From Octopus bimaculoides (Eukaryota): a stretch of 64,000 nucleotides of DNA. Positions 49,453 through 63,074 of this stretch are shown piece by piece (position 1 is the first letter of the stretch; every line of letters starts with the position of its first letter). The position numbers and the translations under genes were made by a program. The notes beneath the pieces are model-generated. The model had not been told where the DNA came from and searched no databases. It was given only the letters and a program-made list of their open reading frames with translations. Location of the stretch: contig NC_068991.1 in NCBI RefSeq assembly GCF_001194135.2, forward strand, positions 8,690,930-8,754,929. Reading direction: 5' to 3'.

Positions 49453-52400
49453 CATGATTAAATGCAGTGTTTACATTTCTCAGTTTATAAGGTACATGTG
49501 ATTCGTTTTATGCAGTTAGCATACATATACCATGTGTAGTTGAAAGAAAATACTGAGCGTGTGTGTGTGTGTGTGTGTGTATGCATGCACATATACTTTC
49601 AAAAGCATATGTGGGCGTGCACTTCTAAACACATGCTTGTGGCATGGTGGTGGTGATGGTGGTGGTGGTGGTGGTGGTGAGTGCTGGAAATGGAGAAGGG
49701 ATGTAAAAGAAAGAGAAAGAGAAAAAAGAGATGCAGTTTGAAGGGAAATAATGTAATTAGTTATGTTTGTCAGCCTTCCCACATCATCCAGATACAACTG
49801 ACAACGCATCAACAAAAACCCACTGCACACACACCCACACTACTCCATCCATCCACCCACTCCTACTCCAGAACACTTTCCTTAGGTCAAAGGTCATTCT
49901 TGTAGAATTGACGGCAGGTGATGTGGAACAAGAAATAAAGGCAGGTGCTCATAAAACTACATGCAAATCAGCACCATGACCACCACCACTACCACCACCA
50001 TTATATGCAATACACTACCACCACCACAACTATTACAGCTACATACAAGACACCACAACAGGCAAAGCACCACCACCACCATCACACACTCACAAAACAC
50101 TATTATCAGTGCCACACACACAAAACCCCACTGCTACCACCATTACTACACCACAAAAACATCTGCTATCACTAACACTACTATACATAAAACACTATCA
50201 CCACTACCAACACTACCACCACTACCACCATCATACACCAATAAGAACAGACTAAATTCCCCTGGTTCAAACATGTTACAAGTATTCGTTTATACACACA
50301 CAAAAGGACTAATTGGAAATCTAACCCTGAGTAGGTTTGAACTCACAACAGTAAGATCTTGAAGTAGATGTTAATCAACTCTAGCATGTGTATTGTTCCA
50401 ATCCATACTGAACATAGAATCCCACCACCACCACCACCACCACCACCACCACCACCAGGTATGGATTAAATTTCTTCAGAACATAAGTTATATATATATA
50501 CATATATACCACAGACTACTCTTCAGGCCAAGGATATCTTGATTAAATACAAGTTTACATTGTCGCAAGGAAGCATATGTTAACGCATGGAAGATTCAAT
50601 CAGATGTGACAAGTACTTTCACCAAAACAGCATTTAAACTTGGATTGAGGGCTGGTGTTCTCTGAAAGCATGGGCACACTGGGCAGTTGCCCTGGGACCT
50701 CATGGGTCTTGGGGCCCAATTCTCATCTAAGTATGTTGTGGCTTGCTGTCAATAAATAAATACTACAGGACCCAGTGCATTGATTTGGCTGGGGTCCTCA
50801 GTCCGACTGAGAGCAATGTCCTCAGTTCATTCCTGTTTCAGTCATCTCCAATGCCCTTTAAATGAAGATTTCTTAGCTTAGCATTGAGGAGGTGTAAAAC
50901 CATAGGTATTTGAGGGAGCATAGTTAATTAAATCGGTTTTCAATATGTTACAGGTATTTAATTTTATTTAACTCCAAGAGGACGAATAGCAAGGTCCACC
51001 ATGACTTTGTTAAGCAGGATTTAGACTTAGAACTGAGAGAGCGCAAGAGAGAAGGGGGAGGGATTAGGGATACTCAACCAGAGAGGGTTGCAGGGGATAA
51101 GCCTAAACAGAGTAATCTGAATGCTAAAGGGTTAAAACACTTGCTTTGCAACCACACGTTCCTAGGTTCAGTTTCACTGCATGACACCTTGGGCAAATGT
51201 CTTCTATCAAAGACTTGTATTGATCAGTCAATGCCTTGTAAGCAAAATTTTGTAGATGGAAATAGTGCAGAAGTTTGTCATACAGATAATTAAAATTTTT
51301 TTTTTTTTTTCCCCCCCAGAGAAAAGTTTTATAAATCATGTAAAGCAGAGCAAAAATAAATAAAATTTAATCTGTTAAATGCTGTGGTAATGGAAATCAA
51401 TTGTAAAAACAAAAAGCATTTAAAGAAATACAATAATGGTAATAAAGAATCTAATAAAAGAAAAAAAAATTGTAACAACCAAAAACCTAATTTCAAAAAT
51501 TGCATTAACAGCTGCAAATCTTTCTGCATGAATGTAAGTGAATGTCTATATGCACACATACATATATACATGCACACACACATACATATATATATATGTA
51601 TGTACACACATTTGGCTCATCAATCAACACATTTTTAGTTCAAAAGTTCTACAGCTTTAGTATTGTTACTGAAAGCCATCTCACTTCTCTCAAAAAGCAT
51701 CTTGGGTATATACAGAAGAAAAAAAAGCAGACAAAAAAATAACCCATATACATCAAGCTGTAGCAATCAGTAGGAAATTATTCATTTTTTGCTATTATTA
51801 ATTAATTAATTAATAATCATTACCAACAATTCTACTGTTATTATTTAGGTATGGTCAATGTTGAAATACATCTGCAGAGCTGAACTACATCAACAACCCC
51901 ACTTACCCATCTTCCTCTACTCTACCAGGGTACATTGCCAATACCTTCCCTACCTTTATCGCCTGACATGCTCAAGGTGACCTTTTATTCTTGACAATCT
52001 GTCACTATCACTTCCTTGGTAGCTAAACCCTCTTTCTATACATTGTAGCTTAATGGTCAGAGTATTCAGCTTATGATGGTAGGGTCGTGAGCTCATTTCT
52101 CAGTGGTGTATTGTGTCCTTCAGCAGGATACTCTGTCTCACATTTCTCCAGTCCACTCAGCTGACAAAATTGAAAAGTACCTATATTTTAAAAGACCAGC
52201 CTTGTCACATTCTGTGCATGCCGAATCTCCCTGAGAACTAACTACATTAGGAGTATGTATGTCTGTGGAGTGCTCAGCCACTTGCACATTAATTTCACGA
52301 GCAGGCTGTTCTGTCGATCGGATCAACTGCAATACTCATCATCATAATCGACAGAATGCCAGTCTTTTTCTTTTTGTTTTTGATACTTCATACAGATACA

Positions 52401-52659
52401 TGACCTCTCAGCTTCATAGAAGAAAATCTGTTTGGAAACTGAGTACTCTGAACAAGAGCAGAAGTGTTGGCATAACCATTATAGTGCCATCTATCTGCCA
52501 TTGATGATTCAATGCTGACTTATTTGACATCAACTGCTTTAATGTTTCTCTCATTCTCTCTTTCTCCCTCTCTGTTTATGTGAGCTTAAATACATGAGAG
52601 GGAATGTATTTATAGCAATCATATTCAATTGATATATTGTAATGTATCTCTCTCACTCT

Positions 52660-53250
52660 GTCACCATCATCATTTAACATCTGTTGTCCATGTTGGCATG
52701 GGCTGGATGGTTTGACCAGGGCTGGCACGCTGGAGAGCTGCACCAGGCTCCAGTCTGATTTCACATGGTTTCTATGGCTGGATGACCCTCCTAACACCAA
52801 CCACTTTACAGAGCATGCTGGGTGCTTTATGTGGCACTACATGATCACTATTACGTGGCACTACACGAGTGCTTTTTATGTGGCACCAGTACTGGACTCA
52901 AGCAAACCAATCCTCTTCCCTGGGGGGACTGGCCTTAATACTTTTGCTGTGGAGTACAAGTTTTCTTGAGTATATTAAGGTGCGAGGTATCTTGATCCTT
53001 TGTCCTTTTGTCTGAAAGGTTCAGCATCCTGACGCCATCCTTCAGTACTTTGTGCCACTCCTTCCTAGGTCTCCCACTTCCATGCGCTCCGTCTACTTTA
53101 AGAGGTCGGCACTTTTTTATGGAGCTGTCATCTTATGTGTATGCACATATTTCAGCAAGTGTGTTTGTTTGTCTCTAGTGCCAAAAATAGGTTCAATGTC
53201 CGATCAGCCATGCCAAACACCAACGGCCAGCCATCTCATTCCATCTGAAG
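52660..53250 (-). mobile_element. Degenerate RTE LINE 3' end (ORF C-terminus plus 3' UTR)
   Basis: The minus strand from 53120 reads IKKCRPLKVDGAHGSGRPRKEWHKVLKDGVRMLNL (RTE GRGRPRKxW C-terminal motif). It runs into the dispersed 3' UTR family ending ...ACAACAGATGTTAAATGATGATG. Confidence 0.75.
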
Positions 53251-54859
53251 ACTGATACAGGCAAGAAGAAATCCTTTATAGTCTTGCTATAGACAATTTC
53301 TCTAATGGCAGTTCATATTGTAAAGTGGTTGGTGATAGGAAGAACACAAGTCACACCAACCTTGACATTCACAACAACAAAGCTGTCAGTTTTATCTGTA
53401 AGTGTATCTGATGACAAACAACTGCAATGAATGACAAGCCATGGTGATAACCACCCAACACATTCTCACATGGAGAAGAATGCATAATGATAATGAAAAT
53501 TTATTTGTATGTGTATACAAGTTAACTTCATTTATCACTGATTCATTCATTGCTGATCTGGGACAACATAGCACACCCAATTGTGAACCATATCATGCTT
53601 ATCACAGATTGCTGAGTGATAAAACAGGTCAGTGATCAGTTCTGCTTGTACACCATCCCACCCACTGTGATCATGTGGCTGCTTCTGTTTTTTTTATAAA
53701 GGTTTATGTAATTTTTACCTATCAAAATGACACCAGTGAACAGACAAAATATGAAGTTGCATAGTCTAATAAGCTACACAGGCAAATGTACTCTCTACAG
53801 AAAGAGAGTATAGATCAGTGGTTCTCAATAGTTTATTTTTACCTAAGGACCCCTTTGATTACTATTTTACTCTGGTGGACCCCCATATTTATTTGATATT
53901 TAAAAACTAGTCTTATAGTACAGAGGTTTTCAAACTTTTTGACTTGCGGACCCCTTTATATTTCAGGCTTTACCTTAGGGACCCCCTTATAAACGCTTAT
54001 GAAATTTATACATAAATATTTGCTTAAAATAACATATTTTTACATTTATATGCTGTCCAGGAGTGGCTAGTGGCTGTGTGGGAAGTAGCTTGCTTACAAA
54101 CCACATGGATCTGGGTTCAGTCCCACAGCGTGGCACCTTGGGCAAGTGTCTTCTGCTATAGCCTCAGGCTGACCAAAGCCTTGTGAGTGGATTTGATAGA
54201 TGGAAACTAAAAGAAGCCTGTCCTACATATATATGTATATATATATGTATGTATGCATATATATGTGTGTGTGTATGCATATGCATATGACGCACTGCAG
54301 GGTATTGAACTCATGACCTAATGATCACGAGCCATATGCCCTAACCACTTGGCTACATGCCTTCACTTACAATAAACACAGCTATAATCACTACGACAAA
54401 AACTATAGCTAGGGCTGCACCTACAACAACAATGCACACAGCTAAAATAGGGTTCATCACCATTGTCATAATCACAGTTACATCCACCACCACCACCACC
54501 ATCATCATCACCAATATAACTGTATTCCCCACCACCACCACCACCATTGTTAGTATTGCTTTCAGCAAGGCCATGGTTTCTTGCCTCATCAAAACTTTAT
54601 TATTATACTGCAATGACAATGGTGGATAGAAAACCTGAGGACGTTTCCACACTTTTCACAGAGCTCAATTCATGTATTAAGGCTTATAGATATTTCCAGA
54701 CAGCATCGAAGATCTCACGCATAAAAAACCCAAATAGATATAGAGTGAATCATCAACTTTACACACACACACATACATGTACACTACAGGCATATACATT
54801 ACATATTATGTACACAAACAAATATGCATTAGACACAAACAGGTACAGCTTCACATTCA

Positions 54860-54891
<32 letters not shown>

Positions 54892-55356
54892 TCAGTAAAC
54901 AGGAAATCAAACTGAGATTTCACTAAGGAAAACAAAGTTACAGTAGAGGATTGTCACTGTTGACGGTAATTCTAGGATTGAAATCGTATGTTATTAGGTA
55001 AAAACTTAAAGAACGATATGAACTAAAAAAATAAATTTGTGGTATATAAATATAGTATATATAGGGCATAAAAACTATGAATATAATCAGTATAGCTTAT
55101 GGGTCTCATTTTTGTTACTATGATTGCAATTATGTTGAGGTCTTGTTCCTGTTTTGTTAGTCATAAGTAACGCTTACCAATGCAATGAAATATTTTGATG
55201 AGTGGAGAGAACTGTACGTCCTTGAATTGATGAATTCTCTGTAAAATTTGGCAGTCTTTCTCAGAATTCCACCAATGATGTGACCATGTGGGGTTGTTGT
55301 TAAAAAATATTCAAATACATAATTACTACTGTAATTTTAAATAATATATATATATA

Positions 55357-55753
55357 GGCGCAGGAGTGGCTGTGAGGTAAGTAGCTTGCATACCAACCAC
55401 ATGGTTCTGGGATCATTCCCACTGCGTGGCATCTTGGGCAAGTGTCTTCTGCTATAGCCTCGGGCCGACCAAAGCCTTGTGAGTGGATTTGGTAGACGGA
55501 AACTGAAAGAAGCCTGTCGTATACATGTACATATATATATATATGTATGTGTATATGTTTGTCCCCCCAGCATCGCTTGACAACCGATGCCGGTGTGTTT
55601 ATGTCCCTGTAACTTAGCGGTTTGGCAAAAGAGACTGATTGAATAAGTACTAGACTTACAAAGAATAAATCCTGGGGTCGATTTGCTCGACTAAAGGCGG
55701 TGCTCCAGCATGGCCGCAGTCAAATGACTGAAACAAGTAAAAGAGTAAAAGAG
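55357..55753 (+). mobile_element. Near full-length SINE-like element, reference copy of the most abundant family in the window
   Basis: GGCGCAGGAGTGGCTGTGAGGTAAGTAGCTTGC...(TA)n...GGCGGTGCTCCAGCATGGCCGCAGTCAAATGACTGAAACAAGTAAAAGAG. More than 10 partial copies are present on both strands. Confidence 0.8.
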
Positions 55754-55763
55754 ATATATGTAG

Positions 55764-55923
55764 ATAATATGTGACAATTAGTTGGTTGTCATAATAAAAC
55801 ACAGAATTTTAGAAAGACAAAACGCGTTTTGTCTTAATGACTGATGAGATGCCGGAGCAGACTTCATCCCTGGTATCCGAAACTGAGTTTTATTATGACA
55901 ACCAACTAATTGTCACATATTAT
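55764..55923. repeat. Perfect 37-bp inverted repeat enclosing a 22-bp palindrome and a hammerhead-like core
   Basis: 55764-55800 is the exact reverse complement of 55887-55923. The palindrome AAGACAAAACGCGTTTTGTCTT is at 55814-55835. Confidence 0.95.
55835..55894 (+). ncRNA. Minimal type I hammerhead ribozyme-like motif
   Basis: Stem I UAAUGA/UUAUUA, CUGAUGA (55841-55847), stem II GAUGCCGG/CUGGUAUC with one unpaired C, GAAA (55879-55882), stem III AC-UGA-GU and cleavage triplet GUU. Confidence 0.5.
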
Positions 55924-56989
55924 ATTTTCGATAAATTCCTCTATTTTACATAATATCAATGTCCATTTTCCATGCTGGCATGGGTTGAATGGTTTGACTG
56001 GGGACTGGTGAGCCAGATGGCTGCACCAGGCTCCAATCTGATTTGGAGGAAGGGGACATTCTTAGCTCTACCTTGGATCAACTCCTCACAGCAAAGTATG
56101 GCTTCTAATTTCCAAGGAAAGAAGGGCAAGTTTTGTTATATCTTGGATAACTTTTGCCATGAAATAATTTTATATTGTCTGCTACAGAAATACAAAAGAC
56201 AATCATGTCTTATTTGGAGTAACTTCTACAAAACAATACTTACCTCTATCTCATTGATGAATGGTATTAAAGTGTTGTCACATAGTTAGGGGTGAGGGTT
56301 AGAGAGAAAATGGTCCTCTCCAGGGGACACTTTTATGGTGGAGTGGCACTTTTGTGTCTGCTTTTACAGTAGAAGCACTTTTGAGGTGAGGAAGATGTGG
56401 AAAACTCAAGGGCTGCCTCATGTGGCACCTAATCTAGCTATATCACAGGTAAAGTAAAATCTTTACAGGTCAAAATCAATCCAAACCTGAAAGCAATTCA
56501 CACAACTTTTACCCCTCCCCTCATCTCTGTAATTCTACTCACAAAATCTGCGCCAACATTCTTGGCATTTCTCTTTTTCTTTTTTCTTTATATAATTAAA
56601 GAAAATTCTATTTGTAATTAAAGCAAATTAAACAAACTGGTAAAGGGTGGTGCCAGTAGTGTGGTGGTGGTGGTGGTGGTGGTGGTGGTAGCAGTAATGT
56701 CAATGGTGGTTTAGTGATAGAGGCTGTATTACTAGTAGTGGCAGTGCTGCTAGAGAGGCTTGTGAAGATGGCATGTTGGGATTGGTACTGATGCAGGTAA
56801 AGTAGGGTTACTGTTGTAGTAGTAGTAGTAGTAGTAGTATTGTTGTTGTTGTTGGTGGTGGTGATGGTGGTGGTGGTGGTAGTGATGGCAGCAGCAATAG
56901 AAGGAGTGGTGGTGATGGCAGTCATGGTAGTATAGGTGGTTGTGGCGATGGTAGTGATGGTGGTAGTAGTGGTAGTGGAGATGGTCGTA

Positions 56990-57350
56990 GTGGTAGCAGT
57001 GATGGTACTAGTGGTAGCGGAGATGGTACTAGTGGTAGCGGAGATGGTACTAGTGGTAGCAGTGATGGTACTAGTGGTAGCGGTGTTGGTACTAGTGGTA
57101 GCGGTGTTGGTACTAGTGGTAGCAGTGATGGTACTAGTGGTAGCAGTGATGGTACTAGTGGTAGCGGAGATGGTACTAGTGGTAGCGGAGATGGTACTAG
57201 TGGTAGCGGAGATGGTACTAGTGGTAGCGGAGATGGTACTAGTGGTAGCGGTGTTGGTACTAGTGGTAGCGGTGATGGTACTAGTGGTAGTGGAGATGGT
57301 ACTAGCGGTATCAGAGATGGTACTAGTAGTAGCGGTGATGGTACTAGCAG
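56990..57350. repeat. 21-bp minisatellite, about 17 units
   Basis: Unit GATGGTACTAGTGGTAGC(G/A)G(A/T), preceded by a (GGT/GTA)n triplet region from about 56660. Confidence 0.95.
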
Positions 57351-59701
57351 TAGCGTTTTCCATGCTAGCATGGGTTGGACAGTTTGACAGGAGCTAGTCA
57401 GCTGGACGACTGCTCAGGCTCCATGTCTGTCTTGGAATAGTTTCTATGGCTGGGTGCTCTTCCTAACACCAACCACTCAACAGAATGTACTGGGTGCTTT
57501 TATGCAGCACCCGCACAGGTACTTTTACATGGCGCCAGCACGAGCGCATTTTATGTGGCATCAGCATCCTTGAGTAAAAGAGCTAAAATAAAAAAAATAA
57601 AAAACCCTAAAAAGACCCATAAAGGATCCCTTCCAAAGTTGTTGCTATTACTCTTAGGTGTAGAGATGTTGACAGTAAAGTGTGTTGGGTGAAAGTGAAT
57701 GTTGCTATCTGTAATGATTAAGCTGCTGTTATGGAGACATACAACAAAAAAAGCTTCCAACCATGACAATCCAATCTGAACAGATCTATGATCAAAGAGT
57801 CTAAGATTAAATTACCTAAATTTCTTTTTATTTTTTCGTTTGTTTTAAGATAAGATATCACTCAATGGAGATTTGGTTGCTATTTCTAGCAGGTTGAGGT
57901 TCTTTAGCAGTAAGTGCAAATGGCAGTAATGGTTGAAGATGGTAGTGATGTTTGGGTGCTGATGCTAATGTTCTATGATGATGTTGGCATTGATGATGGT
58001 GATGTTGGCGTTGATGACGGTGATGTTGGCGCTGATGACGGCGACGTTGGCGCTGATGATGATGTTGCTATTGATGATGATGCTAGTGCTGATATTGATG
58101 GCAGTGGTGCCGATTGCCGATGTCTGTGGCGGTGCTGATGCAGTTGACGCTTTTGGTGGTGGTGCAACTGGTACAATTGTCTACTAACTATGATAGAAGG
58201 CAAATAAGTGTGGTAATAATAGTTGAACAATCCAGATGGTAGCTGGATGAACGATATCGATGATCATACCATTGACAAGCTTTAATAACACATTGGTAGT
58301 AGCGTTAATTATGATAATGACGATGGATTTATAGTGTTTATAATTCTTGGACTAACGTATTTAGTCAGACTAATATCTCTGCCTTCTCCTCTACTGCTTT
58401 CTCTTTCCTTTTCTTTCTTTCATCCAATCCAAAATATTGGGTTTCATTTTGTTTCGGAAAACTTTGGGTGCTCCCCCCCACACTTCGTCTTCCATTCACG
58501 ACTCCAACCGCAACACATCAAGCAACGTCTCTGCCCTGTCTATCGTTTTCATGTCTCTTCAAGTAGTTGTACAGTTTTCCGAACCATTCGACTTCACCAT
58601 CACCCTGTATACACATACACAACTTTACTCACATGCACACATTCACACACAACTGCACACACATGAACATAACTGCACTCACACACACACAAGTGCACTG
58701 GCATGCACACACAATTGCACTGGCATGCACACGTGTCCATGCACACACAAGCACGTGCGCACACGCATACACATAAATAATGTGAGTCATCTCTTACTCC
58801 ACCCTGGTGTAAAGATGAGCAGAAGGGGAGGGAGAGAGAAAAAGAGGAAGGAGAGAAAAGGGGAGAGAGAGGAATGGTGGGAGAAGAGAGGGGGAGGGAG
58901 AGGGAGAGAGGGAGAGGGAGAGGGAGAGAGAGAGATAAAAATCAGCCAGACATGGAACACCCATGTTTTAAACCACTACCCCACCACCACAACCACACAT
59001 CTACCCTCCCNNNNNNNNNNNNNNNNNNNNNNNNNNNNNNNNNNNNNNNNNNNNNNNNNNNNNNNNNNNNNNNNNNNNNNNNNNNNNNNNNNNNNNNNNN
59101 NNNAAATGAAAAACTCAACCGCCTGCAGCATGCAACGGACTCTTCTCCAGTTCAGTAAACAACAAGGACAGATTCCACAGGATTTTGGCAATTCCGTTCA
59201 GCAATTCCAGTTACAGCAGTAACAGGCTGGCAGTGGGTAGGAAGAGATTATTAGCAGAGATTGCAGAGATTAAGCAAAAAAAAAAACACACACACACACA
59301 CACACACATACATATACATAAAGTGAAGGCCACAACTTGAAGGATAAGCTTCTTTCTCCCCCCCCCCTCTCTCTCTCTCACACACACACCTAAAAGATAC
59401 ACAGAAGGACAGATGAAGAAATATTCAAAAGGAAATATAAAACCATTTTCCTAGTTGAAAGCACTAATGAAATTTGATGCTAATTGCACTCTTTTAGATT
59501 TACCCATGTTCCCTAATTCCATCCTCAACATACTTGCAGTACAAGTCGTTCTGGCACAGCCATTTTGGTGCTTACGATTAGGTGCTGCTGAGTCAACGCT
59601 GACTTATTTGACATCAGACCTTTTAATATTTCTCTCATTCTCTCCTGCTCTCTTTCTGTTTATGTAAATATTCAGTTATGACTGTAACATCTCTCTCTCT
59701 T

Positions 59702-59732
<31 letters not shown>

Positions 59733-61296
59733 ATGTACTAATGTATATTTCTGTGCATATATGCGTGTGTGTGAACCAGTGCCAAAACAGGCTGAATATC
59801 CAGATAGCAGTGCTAAACAGCAAATTTCTTAGTCATTATATGCAACAGAAGCAGCAGTAGATTAAAACAGCCATTTAGGTATCATACTAAATGTAAATAC
59901 TTTGTGAAAAGCAAAATTTACTGCAGTATTCGTCAGGAGACAGTATCTCCTATGGATGTAGTGTTTAAAAATGAAATACGTATATATAAGTATTGGTGCC
60001 ACATAAAAAAGCACCCAGTACACTGTGTAAAGTGGTTGGCGTTAGGAAGGGCACCCAACTGTAGAAACCAAGTCAAAACAGATTATGGAACTTGGTGCAG
60101 CTCCTGGTATCAAACCGGACAACTCAGTGCTAGCATGGAAAACAAACATTAAATGAGGACGATGATGGAGGTGACGGAACTCGTCCCAGCAGGGTGAATG
60201 GGAACGTTAGATGCATTTCGGCTTCATTAGGTGTTATCAATAATGTCTACTCACTACCAGTATGCTCAAATGAAATCCATCACCACAGATATACATGAAA
60301 ACAATTAAGAACAATCACTGGTGTTGCTGACGTAAGCAGTACTAGATATATTTACATTAAGTATGATATACAAATGACTCTTTGAACTCCTTCAGTAGTA
60401 CCGTCAGCTCAGGACTGACCTGGAGCGATATAAAAGCAATACTTTCTATGGTTTCCTTAGATTATGGCTGCCTTGAGACTACTTACACATCGATATCATT
60501 CGTTTGGTCATGTCGCCTCTTAAAGGATCTTAATGTAATTAACATTGGGACTATAAGCAAAAGGTGCCCCTCTTCAAGATCACTATCATCAGAACGATGG
60601 TCACCTCTCATTTTCAATCAATCTAGTCCAGAACTATTTCCACAAACAACAAAATTACATACAATAAGATTATTGGCGGTTGGTTGATAGTGTCAACTAA
60701 AATGCCTTACGATATCTGGTTATGGGCCTTCACGTGTTACGTTCAAATGCTACCAAGATCCAACACAACCTTTCAATACTTCTAGAATAGCCACGGGCAA
60801 AATGCAACCCGTGGGACTTACTATGGCACGCCTAGCGAAAAATTACCTTGAATTTTTTTTTTAGTAAAGCGACTCGCCTGATGCGAAAGAAGGTTGCCCA
60901 TGCCTATCTAGAGGGTCAATAAAATAAAGTATCAGGCAAAAAAATAAAGCACTCGCAGTGGGTCGATTTAATATCATTCCTATGAATCATTCTGGATGTC
61001 AATGGAATTATATAATTACAAAACAGTCAAAACATGGTCGTCGTTACTATCATGGCTATTTCCACCACATCTACATGTCCCCACGTTAACCATACCACCA
61101 CCACCAAGACAATCGTTAGATCAGAGATGTTATCATCACCGATCATTACAACACATCTCTGTCCTTCCCATTACCATCCCCACCAAACATCGCTTTCTTC
61201 CCCCTTAACCATACTACAGATGGTCGTTAAGTTGAATATAAAACGAAACATACCACGTCTGATTATTGCTACAAGTTGAGTGTAGATGTGTGAGTG

Positions 61297-61417
<121 letters not shown>

Positions 61418-61656
61418 TAGAGAAAGAGAGAGATACATAAATCTATCGCCCCCATTTCTCTTCCTCTATAAACATGCACCTTCACTCCCATACACACACA
61501 CACACAGACTCCTCTACCTACTCAGGCACACTAACACACAACATTCCTCCAAACCTATGTACACAACCGACTCACCCACTTTCCTATTAATTCACCCCCG
61601 ACTAACATACACGTAAATCCACCTACCCTACATATATTCAAGCTTCCATTCTTCTT

Positions 61657-61689
<33 letters not shown>

Positions 61690-62444
61690 AAACATTCATA
61701 TATAAGTAAAAATGTATGTGCATAACTCTTTTCACGTGTACTAATCCCACCACAACCACGACAACTGAAATATAAAGCTGATCAAACAGAATGAAGTAAA
61801 ACCAGTTGGGAAAGTTTCTTTTCTGATATCTCCGCTGCCACCGCCATCATCGCCACTGCTGCTCATGACGGCGACGACGACAACGCAGACTGAGACAACG
61901 TGTCTTGGACAGCAACTGGGCGATTATTATAGAAAAAACAACAAAGACACCATTTAATAGGATTTTTCTTTTTCTTTCCATTAGAAACAGGATTGGCAAT
62001 AGAGCAGCCGAAGCAACAACCAAAACACTATAACAACAGTAGCAATACTAACTTGACTGGATAATTTATATTTACCGTTGTATGGCTGTAAGGCCGAATT
62101 TTGCTGTAGTGTTGTTGCTAGTAACCCATCGATCGTCACCACCATCATCGATATTCTCATTATCAATCATTATGATTGAGAACTGACCTATAGTAGTATA
62201 AAACCCATGAGCGTCATTCCAAGACCGTGATGGAGGACGCGACTGCTGATGATGGAAAGGAATACTGAACATCCTTCATTGTGTTCGGCTCGAGTGCAAG
62301 TTGCAGACGATAAATAATGGACCTTTATAGAACTCCGTCCATTTCCATACAACTTTTGCAACTCAGTACAAGTTGAAAACACCAAGACACAATTTCTAAC
62401 ATCTGTGTCTTATTTTCTAGCATAATATCTACAGGACAGAGTTA

Positions 62445-62847
62445 GGCGATCTTTCGGTACGAGTTCCTAAATATCGGCCTTTTCCGTAAAAAGTGTCTTC
62501 GGCGATCTTTACCAAAGATCGGCCTTTTCCGTAACACCCGCACGATCTTCACTACGGTGTTAGGGTTAGGGTTTTAGTGTCAGGGTTAGGGTTAGTGTTT
62601 AGGGTTAGGGACGGAATTCCCTAACGCAAACCCTAAAACCCAAACCCTAACCGTAAACCTAACCCCAACCCTAACTCTAAACCCTTCAAAATAAATCGTG
62701 CTCTCTGTATGTCTTTCGCTGTTATGACATCGTTTCCCTGTTTCTCTCCAACACTGTTTACGGAAAAGGCAGATCTTTGGTAAAGATCGCCGAAGACACT
62801 TTTTACGGAAAAGGCCGATAATTAGGAACTCGTACCGAAAGATCGCC
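62445..62847. mobile_element. 403-bp non-autonomous DNA transposon (Merlin-like) with 90-bp TIRs and an exact 8-bp TSD
   Basis: TIRs 62445-62534 and 62758-62847 have 2 mismatches and start GGCGA. CAGAGTTA is duplicated at 62437-62444 and 62848-62855. Internal TTAGGG-like and CCCTAA-like arrays. Confidence 0.85.
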
Positions 62848-63062
62848 CAGAGTTATTCAGTGTATTCTATACGTTTTTAAAACGCGAAGTTTCCTATTCA
62901 ACCTCGTAGACAACAACCGAAATGTAGCTAACACTGTACCTTTAGCGTTGTGCTCTCCCCATACCACCTTTATCATTGTTTCCCTCACATCACACTCGTA
63001 CTTTCTACTCATTGACCTTCCTGGTCATCATTTTCTTTTCACACACCTTTGCCTTGAAAGAA

Positions 63063-63074
63063 CGGAAGTGACGT
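63063..63074 (+). promoter_or_regulatory. Overlapping ETS-CRE-like motif CGGAAGTGACGT
   Basis: Exact string present, in a region (about 61800-64000) that looks visibly less CpG-depleted than the introns. Confidence 0.3.

Noticed and set aside
54547-54915. Plus-strand ORF containing KNPNRYR, superficially like the PTP KNRY motif
   Set aside because: Wrong strand for the gene, no following IxPYD or splice donor, and flanked by simple repeats; likely chance.
56608-57397. 251-aa Thr-rich, 149-aa and 153-aa repetitive ORFs
   Set aside because: They are explained by a 21-bp repeat lacking stops in several frames; there are no splice or expression clues.
60487-60611. Minus-strand MRGDHRSDD...MLITLRSFKRRHDQTNDID followed by GTAAGT, as candidate PTP exon 1
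   Set aside because: The donor is phase 2, whereas the next exon needs phase 0, and it lacks the FxxEF-like motif of PEST-family N-termini.
62560-62685. TTAGGG/CCCTAA arrays as a real telomere or chromosome fusion scar
   Set aside because: They are short, degenerate and enclosed by TIRs with a TSD, so they are transposon cargo.
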